Shown one piece after another: positions 51,986-64,000 of a stretch of DNA of 64,000 bases. How positions within the stretch are numbered: position 1 is the first letter of the stretch; every line of letters starts with the position of its first letter. Location: NCBI RefSeq assembly GCF_006345805.1, contig NC_043011.1, forward strand, positions 33,058,464-33,122,463, read 5' to 3'. Position numbers and translations under genes: made by a program. The notes below the pieces were generated by a model. That model searched no databases and was not told where the DNA came from. It saw only the letters and a program-made list of their open reading frames with translations. The stretch comes from Octopus sinensis (lineage: Eukaryota).

Positions 51986-52739
51986 GAGCTAAAAAGGCCA
52001 TTCATCTCACGGGACTTATACTTTCGGACATCTATACCCGTCTCGATATTTGTTAGACGGGATATGGTCTGGAAGCCAAAAAATGCTGAAAGGCTCCGCT
52101 GACACAGGCGTGACCATAAACCTTATATTTTATAAATAATGAATAGGTACCTAAGCATCTTCTAACACTTTGTCTGATATGCCAAAGTTTATTATAAGGA
52201 ATTTTAGGCTATAAACTTTCTTCAAGGAACCAACCATACTTGGGAGAGTAGCAAACCTACAGAATAGAGTGGGAAATTACACAGTATGCTAGAAGAAATT
52301 ATGCACTTAGATGAGTACTGTTTAAGCATCGCGTATGAAGATACAAAAGAAGCGGGTTCTTGTCTTTCAGTTTATTTCTATACTCTTTCCGTATTTTCCT
52401 AGTTTTAAGTTTACTTTGAAAAATTTAAAACTATGCTTCATAAAGATACACTTTTAACAATAAATCACTTAAATAGTTAGGAAAATGTTACAGTGAAAGA
52501 TTATTAAGAAGAATCGTGGTAAAATCACCCACATATGCAATTCGTGTTTTGCTGTTTGGGAAATCGCAAGCTACGATGCTTCACTGATATTCATTCCAAG
52601 GAATTTTGACTTTTGGCGAGCTGAATAATATCCGACGCTATTCTTTTCGTATACATTCAATGAAAGATTGTCTCGGTTTGAAAGTAAAATTCTTTAGTAC
52701 ACCTGTACCTAAGATTGTATGTTTGTCAGCTTTGATGAA

Positions 52740-53640
52740 CGAATGTATGTATGTATGTATGTATGTATGTATGTATGTATGTATGTATGTATGTATGTAT
52801 GTATGTATGTATGTATGTATGTATGTATGTCTGTCTGTCTGTCTGTATGTATGTATGTATGTATGTATGTATGTCGTAGTATGTATCTGTATGTATGTAT
52901 GTATGTATGTATGTATGTATGATGTTTGTATGTATGCAGGTATGTATGTACGTATGAATGTATGTATGTATGTGTGTGTGTGTGTGTGTGTGTGTGCGTG
53001 CGTATGTATGTATGCATGCATGCATGCATGTATGTATGCATGTATGTATGCAAGTATGTATGTATGTATGTATGTATGTATGTATGTATGTATGTATGTA
53101 TGTATGTATGTAGTCAAGCACGTCGGTAGGCATGTATTGAAGCATGTAGGTAGGCATGTATTTTTATAAGTATAAGTGGGCATTCCTACATATATATGCA
53201 AACATGCAATCTGTTTCCATATAACTGCCAGAAAAACTGATTTTTACTAATGAAATTTTCTGAAAATACGCATTCTGATTATGTCGCAATTTCTTGAGAA
53301 AACTTTTTCTGTTGGGGGAAGAAGTGCTTCACAAATTTACATTAGTTGGATTTGTTTTCTCATAACTTTGATTAATTGGAATATTTTAATGAACTTTTCT
53401 GCAAATACTTCAAGAATGTGTAAATTACGATTATATTAGAATCTGATCCGCATAAAAAAGTAAATAATTGACAGTACACACATATACTGGCAAATATCAT
53501 AAAATTTTTTTTTTTTTACGTAATTTCATGTTTCAATACGTAGATATATGTGACGTGTGTCTATACGTGTGTTTATGAGCCCACCAGATTTATTTCTTCA
53601 TGTTAATATTCGCTATAATCGCCGTCTACACACTCTGTAA
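52740..53640 (-). repeat. (TATG)n microsatellite plus the CATA-tailed AT-rich repeat upstream of HSP70-5
   Basis: Paralogous to 41825-42660. Confidence 0.8.
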
Positions 53641-53796
53641 TGTATTCAACGATATTTAAAAGCAAATGTTGTAAACATTGATGTGAAAATAAATACAAAA
53701 TGCCTCTTTCAGTCGTTGGTTTATTTGCTTCATTCCGACTTACATATACTTCCCTCTATTACACATCGTCAGCAATGAAGTGAAACCAGCTATACC

Positions 53797-54022
53797 TATT
53801 TCTTTATTGCTCACAAGGGGCTAAACACAGAGAGGACAAACAAGGACTAACAAACGGATTAAGTCGATTATATCGACCCGAGTGCGTAAATGGTACTTAT
53901 TTAATCGACCCCGAAAGGATGAAATGCAAAGTCAACCTCGGCAGAATTTGAACTCAGAACGTAGCGGCAGACGAAATACCGTTAAGCATTTCGCCCAGCG
54001 CACTAACGTTTCTGCCAGCTCG
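53797..54022 (-). mobile_element. tRNA-derived SINE, family B (same insertion as 42835-43060, copied by the segmental duplication)
   Basis: Same flanks and TSD, ccagctata(c/t)c. Confidence 0.92.
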
Positions 54023-54558
54023 CCAGCTATATCTCCCTGGATGCCAATAACCATCGCCGCTAGTCTTTACCAATAACTATAGAAACGCCTTTGCTTTTTA
54101 ACTGTATATTTTCTTCGAGTACAGATTTATGCGATATATGAGTATCCGAACTCTTTGTAAAACTTTCTTTATCAAGGAATAAATGTTCAAATGTACATAA
54201 ATGTTGTCTTTCTTTAAATGATGACTTTCATTTCTAATGAGTATGGTAATGTTAAAGTCGTCGATAGTTTAAAAGTCCTGAAATGAAAATGCGAATTTGT
54301 TTGAAATAGTAGCACTTCCATCTAAAAACATAAACATTGTGCAACACAAAATATTTCAAACCAAGAAAACTATCAAAACAACGATAAAAGTTTAGAGAAG
54401 CGATAAATAGCAACAGTACGTGAACGACGGTGTTTATTATTTGGTACGACGGCAATATTCATCCATGAAACAGAGTTGTTCTACTAAAAAACACAAATTA
54501 TGAGCAAATATCCTATACAAATCCACTTCTATATGTAAAATAAGCTAATGGAATTAAA

Positions 54559-54676
54559 GGAAACTTCTGGAACGTTCCAGAAACCTGTAGCACCTGGTAG
54601 AACAATATCGAAATGCCTCGTAAACTCTGGTAATGACGTCACAGTGGGAAGGGGGCGTTACTCTCCACTATATATA
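54559..54676 (+). promoter_or_regulatory. HSP70-5 promoter: 5-unit HSE (54559-54583), CRE (54634-54641), TATA (54669-54676)
   Basis: GAAacTTCtgGAAcgTTCcaGAA; TGACGTCA; TATATATA. Confidence 0.9.
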
Positions 54677-54931
54677 TGGCATTGCTCAAACAGCTTGTCA
54701 ATCAGATTCTACAGAAGCACGACTGTAAACAACTCGAGGCAAGAGTCTCAGCTGCGAAACATTTCTTTCAGTTATACATACATTGAAGCAACACTCATTC
54801 ACATATTATACATTTATATATTCTACTCATACAACTGAAATACAAAACAAGACGAGCAAGAGATAAAGAAGAAAGAATTTCTCAAGTTTTATACTGGAAA
54901 TTTTGAGCGAACAATAGAAAAAGGAAGAAGA

Positions 54932-56861
54932 ATGGTCAAAGCACCTGCTATCGGAATCGATCTGGGAACAACCTATTCTTGTGTAGGTGTGTTTCAACAC
55001 GGTAAAGTGGAAATTATTGCCAACGATCAGGGAAACAGGACAACACCAAGCTATGTGGCTTTCACCGATGCCGAAAGGCTGGTGGGGGTGATGCAGCGAA
55101 AAACCAAGCGGCCCTCAACCCTGAGAGAACACGGTGTTCGATGCTAAACGTTTAATTGGACGTCACTTTAACGATACGTCCGTACAAAGCGACATGAAAT
55201 ATTGGCCATTCCGAGTGGTGAACACAAACGGTAATAAAGCACATGTACAAGTGGAGTACAAGGGAGAGCAAAAGCAGTTCTCAGCCGAAGAGATTAGCTC
55301 GATGGTATTGAGTAAAATGAAGGAGACAGCCGAGTCGTACCTGGGCTGTAAAGTGAAAGACGCAGTAGTAACGGTGCCAGCTTACTTTAACGACTCTCAG
55401 AGACAGGCGACGAAAGATGCAGCTAGTATAGCTGGTTTGAATGTGTTGAGAATTGTCAACGAACCAACGGCCGCCGCACTCGCCTACGGTCTCGAGAAAA
55501 ACTTATCTGGTGAGAAGAACGTTCTGATCTTCGACTTGGGCGGTGGTACATTCGATGTTTCCATCCTCACAATCGACCAAGGATCTCTTTTCGAGGTGAA
55601 GCTACAGCTGGCGACACACATCTCGGAGGAGAAGACTTCGACAACCGGCTCGTCGACTACTTTGTCGAAGAATTCAAGCGTAAACACAAGAAAAATCTGA
55701 AAAACAAAGCCCACGCTCTATCAGACGTCTGCGTACTGCATGTGAACGGGCCAAAACGAACCTATCGAGCAGTTCAGAAGCTTCAGTAGAGCTGGATTCT
55801 CTGTATGAAGGCATTGATTTTCTCTCGAAGATTACCAGAGCACGCTTCGAGGATCTTTGCAGTGACCTCTTCCGATCGACTCTAGAACCAGTTGAGAAAG
55901 CTCTGCGAGACGCCAAAAACTCGATAAATCCCGCATCGACGACATCGTGTTGGTCGGTGGATCGACACGCATTCCCAAGATCCAGAAATTACTTGCCGAC
56001 TTCATGCAAGGAAAGACCATCAACAAATCCATCAACCCAGACGAAGCTGTCGCCTACGGAGCTGCCGTACAAGCTGCTGTTCTGTCTGGAGACGCGAGCG
56101 AGCGATTGCATCAAAGACGTACTACTTGTAGATGTAGCACCGTTATCTCTTGGAATCGAAAACGGCTGGTGGTGTGATGTGATGACCAAACTTATCGAGC
56201 GTAACAGCAGAATACCGTGTAAGGCATCCAACGTATTCACTACGTATTCAGATAACCAGCCGGCTGTTTCTATTCAGGTATTCGAAGGAGAAAGAGCAAT
56301 GACAAAAGACAACAACTGCCTCGACGTTTCGACTTGACTGGCATTCCACCAGCTCCCAGAGGCGTACCTCAATAGAAGTCTCCTTCGATATGGATGCCAA
56401 CGGAATACTCAACGTTTCTGCTGTCGACAAAAGCACCGGCAAAAGCAACAAAATTACCATCACAACGACAAAGGTCGTTTGAGCAAAGAGGAAATCGAAA
56501 GAAAGAATGCTCACGAAGCTAAACAATACGAGGCAGAAGACGAAAAGCAACGCCAACGTGTTGCAGCTAGAAACCAGTTGGAGCATTACATATTCAGTGT
56601 GAAACAAGCAGTCAATGAAGATAACGGCAAACTGTCCGAGCAAGATAAGAAGCAAGCAGTGGAAAAGTGTGGACCAAAACATTACAGTGGATGGATAGAC
56701 AACAACAGTCTAGCAGACACAGACGAATTTACCTACAGATTCAGGAAGCACAGAAAAATTGCTCTCCTATCATGTCCAAACTACACACATCGTCTTCTTC
56801 TAACAATAATCATTGCTCATCACAAGCATCCAGTGGTCCTACGATTGAGGAAATGGACTAA
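54932..56861 (+). pseudogene. HSP70: HSP70 copy 5, full length but heavily indel-disrupted as sequenced (likely low-quality consensus)
   Basis: Fragments 54932-55147, 55134-55700, 55947-56177 and 56479-56861 cover the whole protein to GPTIEEMD. Many indels are homopolymer changes or stutters (ggggg, gagag, gcgagcgagcg, gatgtgatg). Confidence 0.88.
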
Positions 56862-58129
56862 CTTCTTATTCACTCATACAAACATTTGTTAAAATACTGT
56901 GATACATTTTTCATACTACATCACTTTGTGATTTTTAAAGACATTGGGAACTTTATTAATTTATTCATTCATCACATTGACACTTTGTAAAACAAACTCC
57001 AAACTCTTTGTATATTTTTTAGAAGAATATAATTGATATTTTCTTTCACATGAATGTCGTTGTTATTTTATATTCGTTTATTGTTTGTTTCTTATGAAAT
57101 ATTACTTGTATATTTATGCATGCTCTTCCTTGTTGTTATATTACAAGTTTTCTTTTAAAAATCATTAGGTAATTTCTACAGTAAACATGTAGAAATGTTT
57201 ATCGGAGAGGAAGCATAAGAGCCAAAGGTGAACTAGCTAATGGCGCTTTAATGAACCTTACATTGGAACACGCTTATTTTGATTGCTTATTGACAACTGT
57301 CATTCGATATCAATAACCCTCTCTTTACAATTAACTTAATTTCACCTAGGAATTCCGTAAAAAGACCAAATTTCATGACAATAACCTCTTAACGTTATAC
57401 GTGATTAGAATAAGCGGCTTTCGCTGTACTTGTTTATATTCAGCTACAAGAATATAAGTGAGAAATATACCAACAAGCTTCAGATATCTTTCACAAGTAG
57501 AAGTAACATCTTCAAAACCACGATTTATATAATAGAAAACTAGTTGTTTTGTAAAGAGAATGTATTACAATTACTTTGATCTTCATCATTATACACAGGA
57601 ATATTTTTGAAATGAAATATAGCTAATTACATCTTTGTACATAGTGATTCGCGGTCAACGATTTATTAGGAACATAACTTACTTAATACTGTGAAAAAAT
57701 CTTAGGAGTACGTAAGATATCTTGTGAAGCCCACCAAATTTATTAACAGGTGAAGGAGAGTTCATGTTACTTCACCTATTCACCAAATGGTTTTGTGAAG
57801 CTGCCGACTGTTCTGATATATCGGAATCGTTAAAAGACATATAATTATGTACCGCTCTCAACTGAATGTACTTTCACATCGAACACATCGATTCCCACCA
57901 CATAACTTCTATAATCAATAACATTTGTTCACTAATATACGCCATCACATCACTCCACTCACCATCCTGCTACAGCAATCAATGTTATCGTTGTGACCCC
58001 ATTCACATCTAGCATTTGTGTTCCCTTTCCCAGACGTATATATCTAACACATCAACTTTCCCCACTGTCTCCATATATATCTCTTTCAGCGAAATCGTTT
58101 CCGAATACTTCTAGTGGATTTCTATTCTC

Positions 58130-59155
58130 TATTTAATGGTCATAACACATCACATATGCATGACACCAGAAAAACTTTTCATCAACTTCGAGTGTACACC
58201 ATGCAAAATGATGGCTCAGTAAATTCCAAGTTCATTCATATTTTAAACTTCACCCCAGTAGGGGCCTATGCCCTCACATCCTTTCTTGATTTTTTCAATA
58301 CATTGCAATTCAACCACCACATCTTCTTTAACATCGCTGAAGTTTCCCTGAACTTTTTCGCCACCAGTTTTCAAGGCTTACTTTTGAGTTCGTGGCTCGC
58401 TATAGGGTTAGTTTACTGTACAAGTACTTCTTCATGAAAAAGAGAACCACTTTGTTATACAAATATGCTCCTTTTAAATTCCATAGAATCTTCAGATCTT
58501 AGCTCTTGCTTACAGCTTCTGGAATATTTTTCATCAAGCCCCAACAATAATCTGTGTTCTTATTTGAGGTCATCAAATATTCTTGCCTTCTTTTTCTCGT
58601 CACTGAGACTTGGAAAGCTTGTACATAAAAATCTAAAGCAATCTCCAAGATGATCAAGCTCTTTGCTGAATTGCTTCATCACACCAAGTTCCAACACAGG
58701 TTTTGCAAACTTTGTGGGGCGCCCGGATATTGTCCTGGTCTGCAAGTTTTTCTTTAAAGTACGCAAGATAAACCTTCTTGACAAAGTTATTACTGTTGCA
58801 CCTTTGAGCCTGTGGAATGACGTTTCCACAGACGTAACAGAAGGCATCGGGGTCAGTACGTCCATAACTAGATCACAATGGTTCAGTTCACGTCTGAAAA
58901 GAAGAAGGGCTTTAAAGCAAAACTCAACTTCAACATATTCAAAATTAGCGTGACAATCCATCCAGCCCACATTCCAGCAAATAGTGGTATACAGTTAACT
59001 TTTGGTGTGCTCCAGGTAAATATAGGTATATACAGATGGCACGAAAATGTGATGTGACTGAGGAAAACTGAGGTCAGTTTTGGAATTAGCAAGCAAACTA
59101 AAACAACTCTAAGATTTTACGGCAGAAAATAAAAGCTTTATTTTGTTGACCATTG
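58130..59155 (-). mobile_element. Fossil DNA transposon in the 3' flank of HSP70-5
   Basis: ORF 58560-58970 ends LELGVMKQFSKELDHLGDCFRFLCTSFPSLSDEKKKARIFD; terminus TA|CAATGGTCAACAAAA at 59157-59141. Confidence 0.75.
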
Positions 59156-59340
59156 TATCTTATGCAGAGCTAGATATCTAGATCTGGATTTATCCAATAA
59201 TTTTTTGCTAGTTTATTTTGTCTCTTTGCCTTCTCTCCTAGTGCTGTATGAATATTTGATGTGGTTTTAGAGTCAAGTTTTGACTGCTATCTCTAGCATG
59301 ATGGTATCTTATAGATACGCTTAATTATAATTTCAATAAT

Positions 59341-59373
<33 letters not shown>

Positions 59374-59375
59374 TA

Positions 59376-59875
59376 CTCCTTCACTCTTGTTACTCGTTTC
59401 AGTCATTTGAGTTTGGCCATGCTGAAGCACTGCCTTTGAGTTGAAGAAATCGCCACCTAGGCTTATTCTTTGTAAGCCTGGTGCTCGTTCTATCGAGATC
59501 TTCTGTCGAACCGCTAAGTTATGGGGGGGGGGGTAAACACACCAACATCGGTTTCTAAGCAATGGTGGGTGTGAACAAACACAGACACAAATACACACAC
59601 ATAAATATATAGTGGCACTGGGGTCGATATAATCGACTTAATTCGTCTGTCTGTCCTTGTTTGTCCTCTCTGTGTTTAGTCCCTTGTGGGTAGTAAAGAA
59701 ATAGGTATTTCGTCTGCCGTTACGTTCTGAGTTCAAATTCCGCCGAGGTCAACTTTGCCTTTTATCCTTTCGGAGTCGATAAATTAAGTGCTTGTTGCGT
59801 AGTGGGGTCGATCTAATCGACTGGTCTCACCCCTCAAAAAATTTCGGGCCTTGTGTCAAGTGTAGAAAAGAATAT
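59376..59875. mobile_element. Cluster of SINE fragments: family A 3' half (minus, about 59376-59600) and two family B-derived pieces (plus, about 59614-59703 and 59704-59875)
   Basis: Matches to the SINE bodies above; tail cccttgtgggtagtaaagaaata near 59680-59703. Confidence 0.8.
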
Positions 59876-60130
59876 TTATAAAGTTTATATATATTGTACA
59901 TACATATAATTTACAGTGTAATTAAAGTTCAACAATTTCGTAATTTATATATTTTTAGTTGTGATTTTCACCCTTTAAAAACAAGAAAAGGATTGAAAGT
60001 ACATTGTTAGAAAGAAGCCACTTTCCTCTCAGTGAAGCTTATCATAAATATGCCATCGACTATCAGAAAAACATTTTTAACTTGCCGTTCAAGCATGCGT
60101 AGAGGCCTACTGCATCAACAGACGACATGT

Positions 60131-60238
<108 letters not shown>

Positions 60239-63200
60239 TATTTCTTTATTCACCATAAGGTTGAGAAAAAGAGGGGACAAAACAAACGTTGGGGTCAGGG
60301 TATCGAATGAGACGAAACATGAATAAACAAACAATTAATATATATACAATTAAATGAGAACGAGTGATTAACAAAAAATGAAGCGGAGGACGCGGTCGAC
60401 CCCACAAACCACATACTCACACTGAAGACTTTGCTTTATCCTTTTTTACATTCTCGATTAAATAGGTTCTTTCTCTCGCAACATACTTGCTATAGACTTC
60501 CATCTTTTACGAAACACACTTTGCGACAGGCATTTCTTCTCCAGCCTTATTTTCCGTTTCATGTGGAAAATGAAAAAGTCGATTAGCTCGAGACTGGAGA
60601 TAAACATGCCTGTTGCAATTCCTTTTACTCTCGTCTTCCACACTACTTCTTTCGCCATAGCAACTACCGAAAGAAAACAGGCTCGCTCCTCTCTATTCAG
60701 GAAGGTCGGCGGAACTATCTTAATTACAGATTCGCTCGACAGTTGTACTCTTCTCGAATGCGACAGCAGGTGTTCGACATAAGTCCAGAGTTCAGTCACC
60801 TTGGGGCATTGCACAATCGCGTGCAGGACAGTTTCACTGTCCCTCTTACATCTTGCACAAACCGGCGAAGGTGCACACCCATGTCTAAAGAGCTTATCTC
60901 GAACCGGTAAAGCTCCTCTGTAACATTGCCAGGCCAGGGACTTTTGGTAATTATCCATAGGCCCCGGACCGAGTGTTCTTTGGAACAGGCTGGCCAGTTG
61001 ATTTTCGTCGAAGCCCAGAGTTTCTCCTAGGACGTCGTCACACTTAAACTCTACTAACCCTCTATAGAAGAACGCGGTAGTAGCCCCGCCACCGGCGTTG
61101 CCCGACTGGGAGAGAAGCACGAGTGCCTGATAGCACTCTGCATGCCACATGCCCAACCTCGGTCTACACTTGATCCATGGGTTCAGTTCGTTAAACGATG
61201 TGAACTGTGGAAATAACAGCTTGACAAACGGAGACCACACCTGCTCACCGTCCAGGTAAATCCAGAGGTGCCTAAGCCTGAGCGCATGTCTGCGCATTTT
61301 TAGCCACGGCATCCCTAACCCACCGTTCAGCGGCTTTTGGCAGCAAATAGAACGCCTTACAAGAGGTCTGCTGCCCCTCCACAAAAAGCGAAAGAGCATG
61401 CGTTCCAGTTTGTTCAGCCACGAATCGGGGCAAGGCACTACGGTTAGGCGGTAAGTGATTACAGAGGCGATAAACACTTCTGCAACCTCCGCCTTCCCTT
61501 TCAAGGACAGATTCCGTTCAGACCATGTCTGAGTTAGGAGAGCCATCTTTCTCGCCACCTCGCTCCAATTCTTCTCTATCTGGAGATCTGGACCTAACCA
61601 GATCCCAAGCATTTTCACCGGTCCTTCCGTCCAACGTCCTACGACGCTGTCGGAAGACATCGACTTGCCCCTCCAGGTGCCGAGTTGCAAGCCGACCGAT
61701 TTATCCCGGTTGACTTTCGCTCCTGCCACCGCTTCGTAGTCCCTTAAGGCCTCACCCACCCACTGTAGGTGCTCGACTCGGAAACGATGACGGTGATGTC
61801 GTCCGCATACGCCGAAGCTGACTTTCCGCACCCTAGATCTTGCGGGGTGCCTCTCATAGTTTCCAACCTCCTCAGCAACGGCTCGAGGGAGCCAAAACGT
61901 AGAGAAGCGGGGAGAGAGACACCCTTGACGTACCGAACGTTCAATGCTGAACGGCTCCGAAAGGAAACCATTTATCCGAACTACCGATTCGATGTTGCTG
62001 TATAAAGCGATGATCCATCCGCGGAAGGTCGGGCCGAGAAGCCAGCCGCCGCCAGATACTGATGGTCCACCCTATCAAACGCTTTCGATTGGGTCCAAGT
62101 GGACCATAGCCCCACCCTTGCCAGGAATCCTATTTACCCTTTCTAAGGCATAGCGTAGAAAGTGGAGATTGTCGTGGATGGTCCTTCCAGGGATGGCGCA
62201 AGTTTGCGCCTCGCCAACAAGTTCACCCACGACCCTCGCCAACCTTTTTGCTAAGACCTTGGCCAAGATCTTCAACTCTGCGTTAAGCAGAGTGATAGGC
62301 CGGAAATTATCAATTAAATCCCCCTTGTTTGGGTCCTTTCTTAACAACGCTACCACCCCTCGGCTCACAGACTTAGGAATTCTCCCGTTCTGCTGCCAGT
62401 TGGTGTACACGCATGCAAGTAGGTGCCCAAACAAGTCTGGCATGCTACTATAGAGTTCGTAAGGCAGACCATCGAATCCCGGCGATTTGTCCCCGCCGCA
62501 TTCTGCCAACATATCCTCGACTTCTTTGGCTGTGATCGGCGCCCCACAAGATTCCGCGTCCGGCCCCGATAGACGCGGCGAACCGGCTAGGAAGTCTGCT
62601 AGCTTCTCCCCGCGCTCCAGCTCGCCGCTCCTCCCGAATAGCTGGGCGAAATGATCATGAAACACCTTGCACATCTCCTCGGGTTCGTTTACTAATCGAC
62701 CATTTGGGCCCGTCAAGGATCGAATGGTTGAGTTGTTGCCACGCTGGCCCTCTACCACCCGGGCCCATCCGGCTGCGTTGATCCCTTCCTGTCTCATTGC
62801 ACGGATCTTAGCCCTAATAATGCACCCTTCATGTTTAGCTTGGAGATGTTGGTCTAGTGCTAACCTCGCCGCTAACACTTTCGATGCACAGCCTGACCTC
62901 ATTGCCTCCTCTATAGCCTTAACTAGTTCCTTTTCTACTTTGTTTTCTAGCACTAGCTAGTTCTTTGCTAAACCTAATTGACTCAAATTTGATGGCTCTT
63001 TTCAGGGCGTACCACCATTTATTGTTGATAATGGATCCGGTTAACGCCCTCATTACTAATTGTTTAATCCGATTCCTGTAGGCTTCACAGTCCAATAGTG
63101 ACTTGTTTAGCTTCCAGTAGCCGGTACCTCGTCTACACATGCTATCTATGTCGAGCGTACAGGTCACTAATTTGTGATCGCTGTAGCTGACGATATGGTG

Positions 63201-64000
63201 TTGTGGACAGCTAAGTATTTTCTTATCTTTCCTTCTAGTTATGATTTTATCGATATAAGATCTGGACGATCCGTCGTTTCTTGCCCAGGTCCACTCTGGA
63301 ATGTCTGGATGGTCCAGTCTGAATCTATCTGCCAATTCGAAACGACTTAGCATATTGTTGAGGTGAGGTAATCCCCTCGTATTCTTTCTTGAGCCAACAT
63401 AATCTACGCTTGCATCGCAAATTATGTTGAAGTCACCTAGCAATACTAACGTGTTCGACGTGCCAAGAAAATTCTCTAGGCTTTTGAAGTACTCTTTCTA
63501 CCCGGCTTTTCCTTCGCAGGGAGCATAGACAGCGACCAGCCTGAACGCTTTACCACTGCTGTGCGTCTTATCCAAAACGACCAGCCTGCCTTTCGGATCT
63601 ATAAAGACAGTTCTAATCTCTAGATCCAGGTTTTTCCTGACCAGTCCTCCGCCCCCTCCAGGTCGACAGGGAAAAACGTATTTCTCGTAGCCGTTTAGAA
63701 GGGGCGAAAAAGCCTGCAGCCCACTCAGTCTGGATTCGGTAATTACCACTACATCCAAACAATGCGACCTAAGGTCGTTAAGGCGGTAGCCTTGCTTCCA
63801 ATACGACCCCAGGCCGCGAATATTTATACAACCGAGTTTAAACGAGAATGTGAAAAATTAGTCGAATGTTTAAAACTTACTGTTTTAACGGAAGAGAGAG
63901 TGTAGTTTCACCCTCCTCTTTTCTGTCTGTGAGTGTTGTGTTTTGCGAGGTCAGTTTTTTTGCGAATTGCTTGTACAGATGGCTTGAAAAGTTCATCTGT
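60239..64000 (-). mobile_element. Tx1-clade LINE copy B (ORF2 and 3'UTR), a diverged subfamily, probably continuing past the window edge
   Basis: APE (GCINIRGLGS near 63830, LGDFN, SDH), RT (QTCAIPGRTIHDN, AYADDITVIV), zinc motif CARCKRDSETVLHAIVQCP; 3' end aaccttatggtgaataaagaaata. Confidence 0.92.

Overview
AT-rich, microsatellite- and transposon-dense eukaryotic genomic DNA, most likely from an octopus. That assignment is an inference from recalled octopus tRNA-derived SINE sequences and is not database-checked. The core of the window is a cluster of five intronless, heat-inducible-type cytosolic HSP70 genes arranged <-1 <-2 | 3-> 4-> 5->. Each has a near-identical compact promoter with a 4-5 unit heat-shock element, a perfect CRE (TGACGTCA) and a TATA box. 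Copy 1 is intact (635 aa, ends GPTIEEMD). Copy 2 has a premature stop that removes the C-terminal motif. Copies 3-5 are frameshifted as sequenced, mostly by homopolymer or short-repeat indels, so they are either pseudogenes or long-read errors. Copies 1 and 5 form the arms of a ~50 kb inverted repeat, and copies 3-4-5 arise from a ~10-11 kb tandem segmental duplication. The left end carries the last coding exon of an unidentified gene. Mobile DNA includes two Tx1-clade LINEs (one full-length with a 17-bp TSD), CR1 LINEs, an RTE LINE nested in a solo LTR, a second solo LTR, a mariner fossil, an unclassified DNA-transposon fossil co-duplicated with HSP70, two non-autonomous Helitrons and many SINEs. 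Highlights: (i) the 3' tail of one SINE family matches the 3' end of the Tx1 LINEs, suggesting a SINE-LINE partnership; (ii) two degenerate minimal hammerhead-ribozyme motifs sit inside inverted-repeat elements; (iii) one HSP70 codon (equivalent to HSPA8 Y294) has three different residues among otherwise homogenised paralogs. No rRNA, standalone tRNA gene or CRISPR array is supported.
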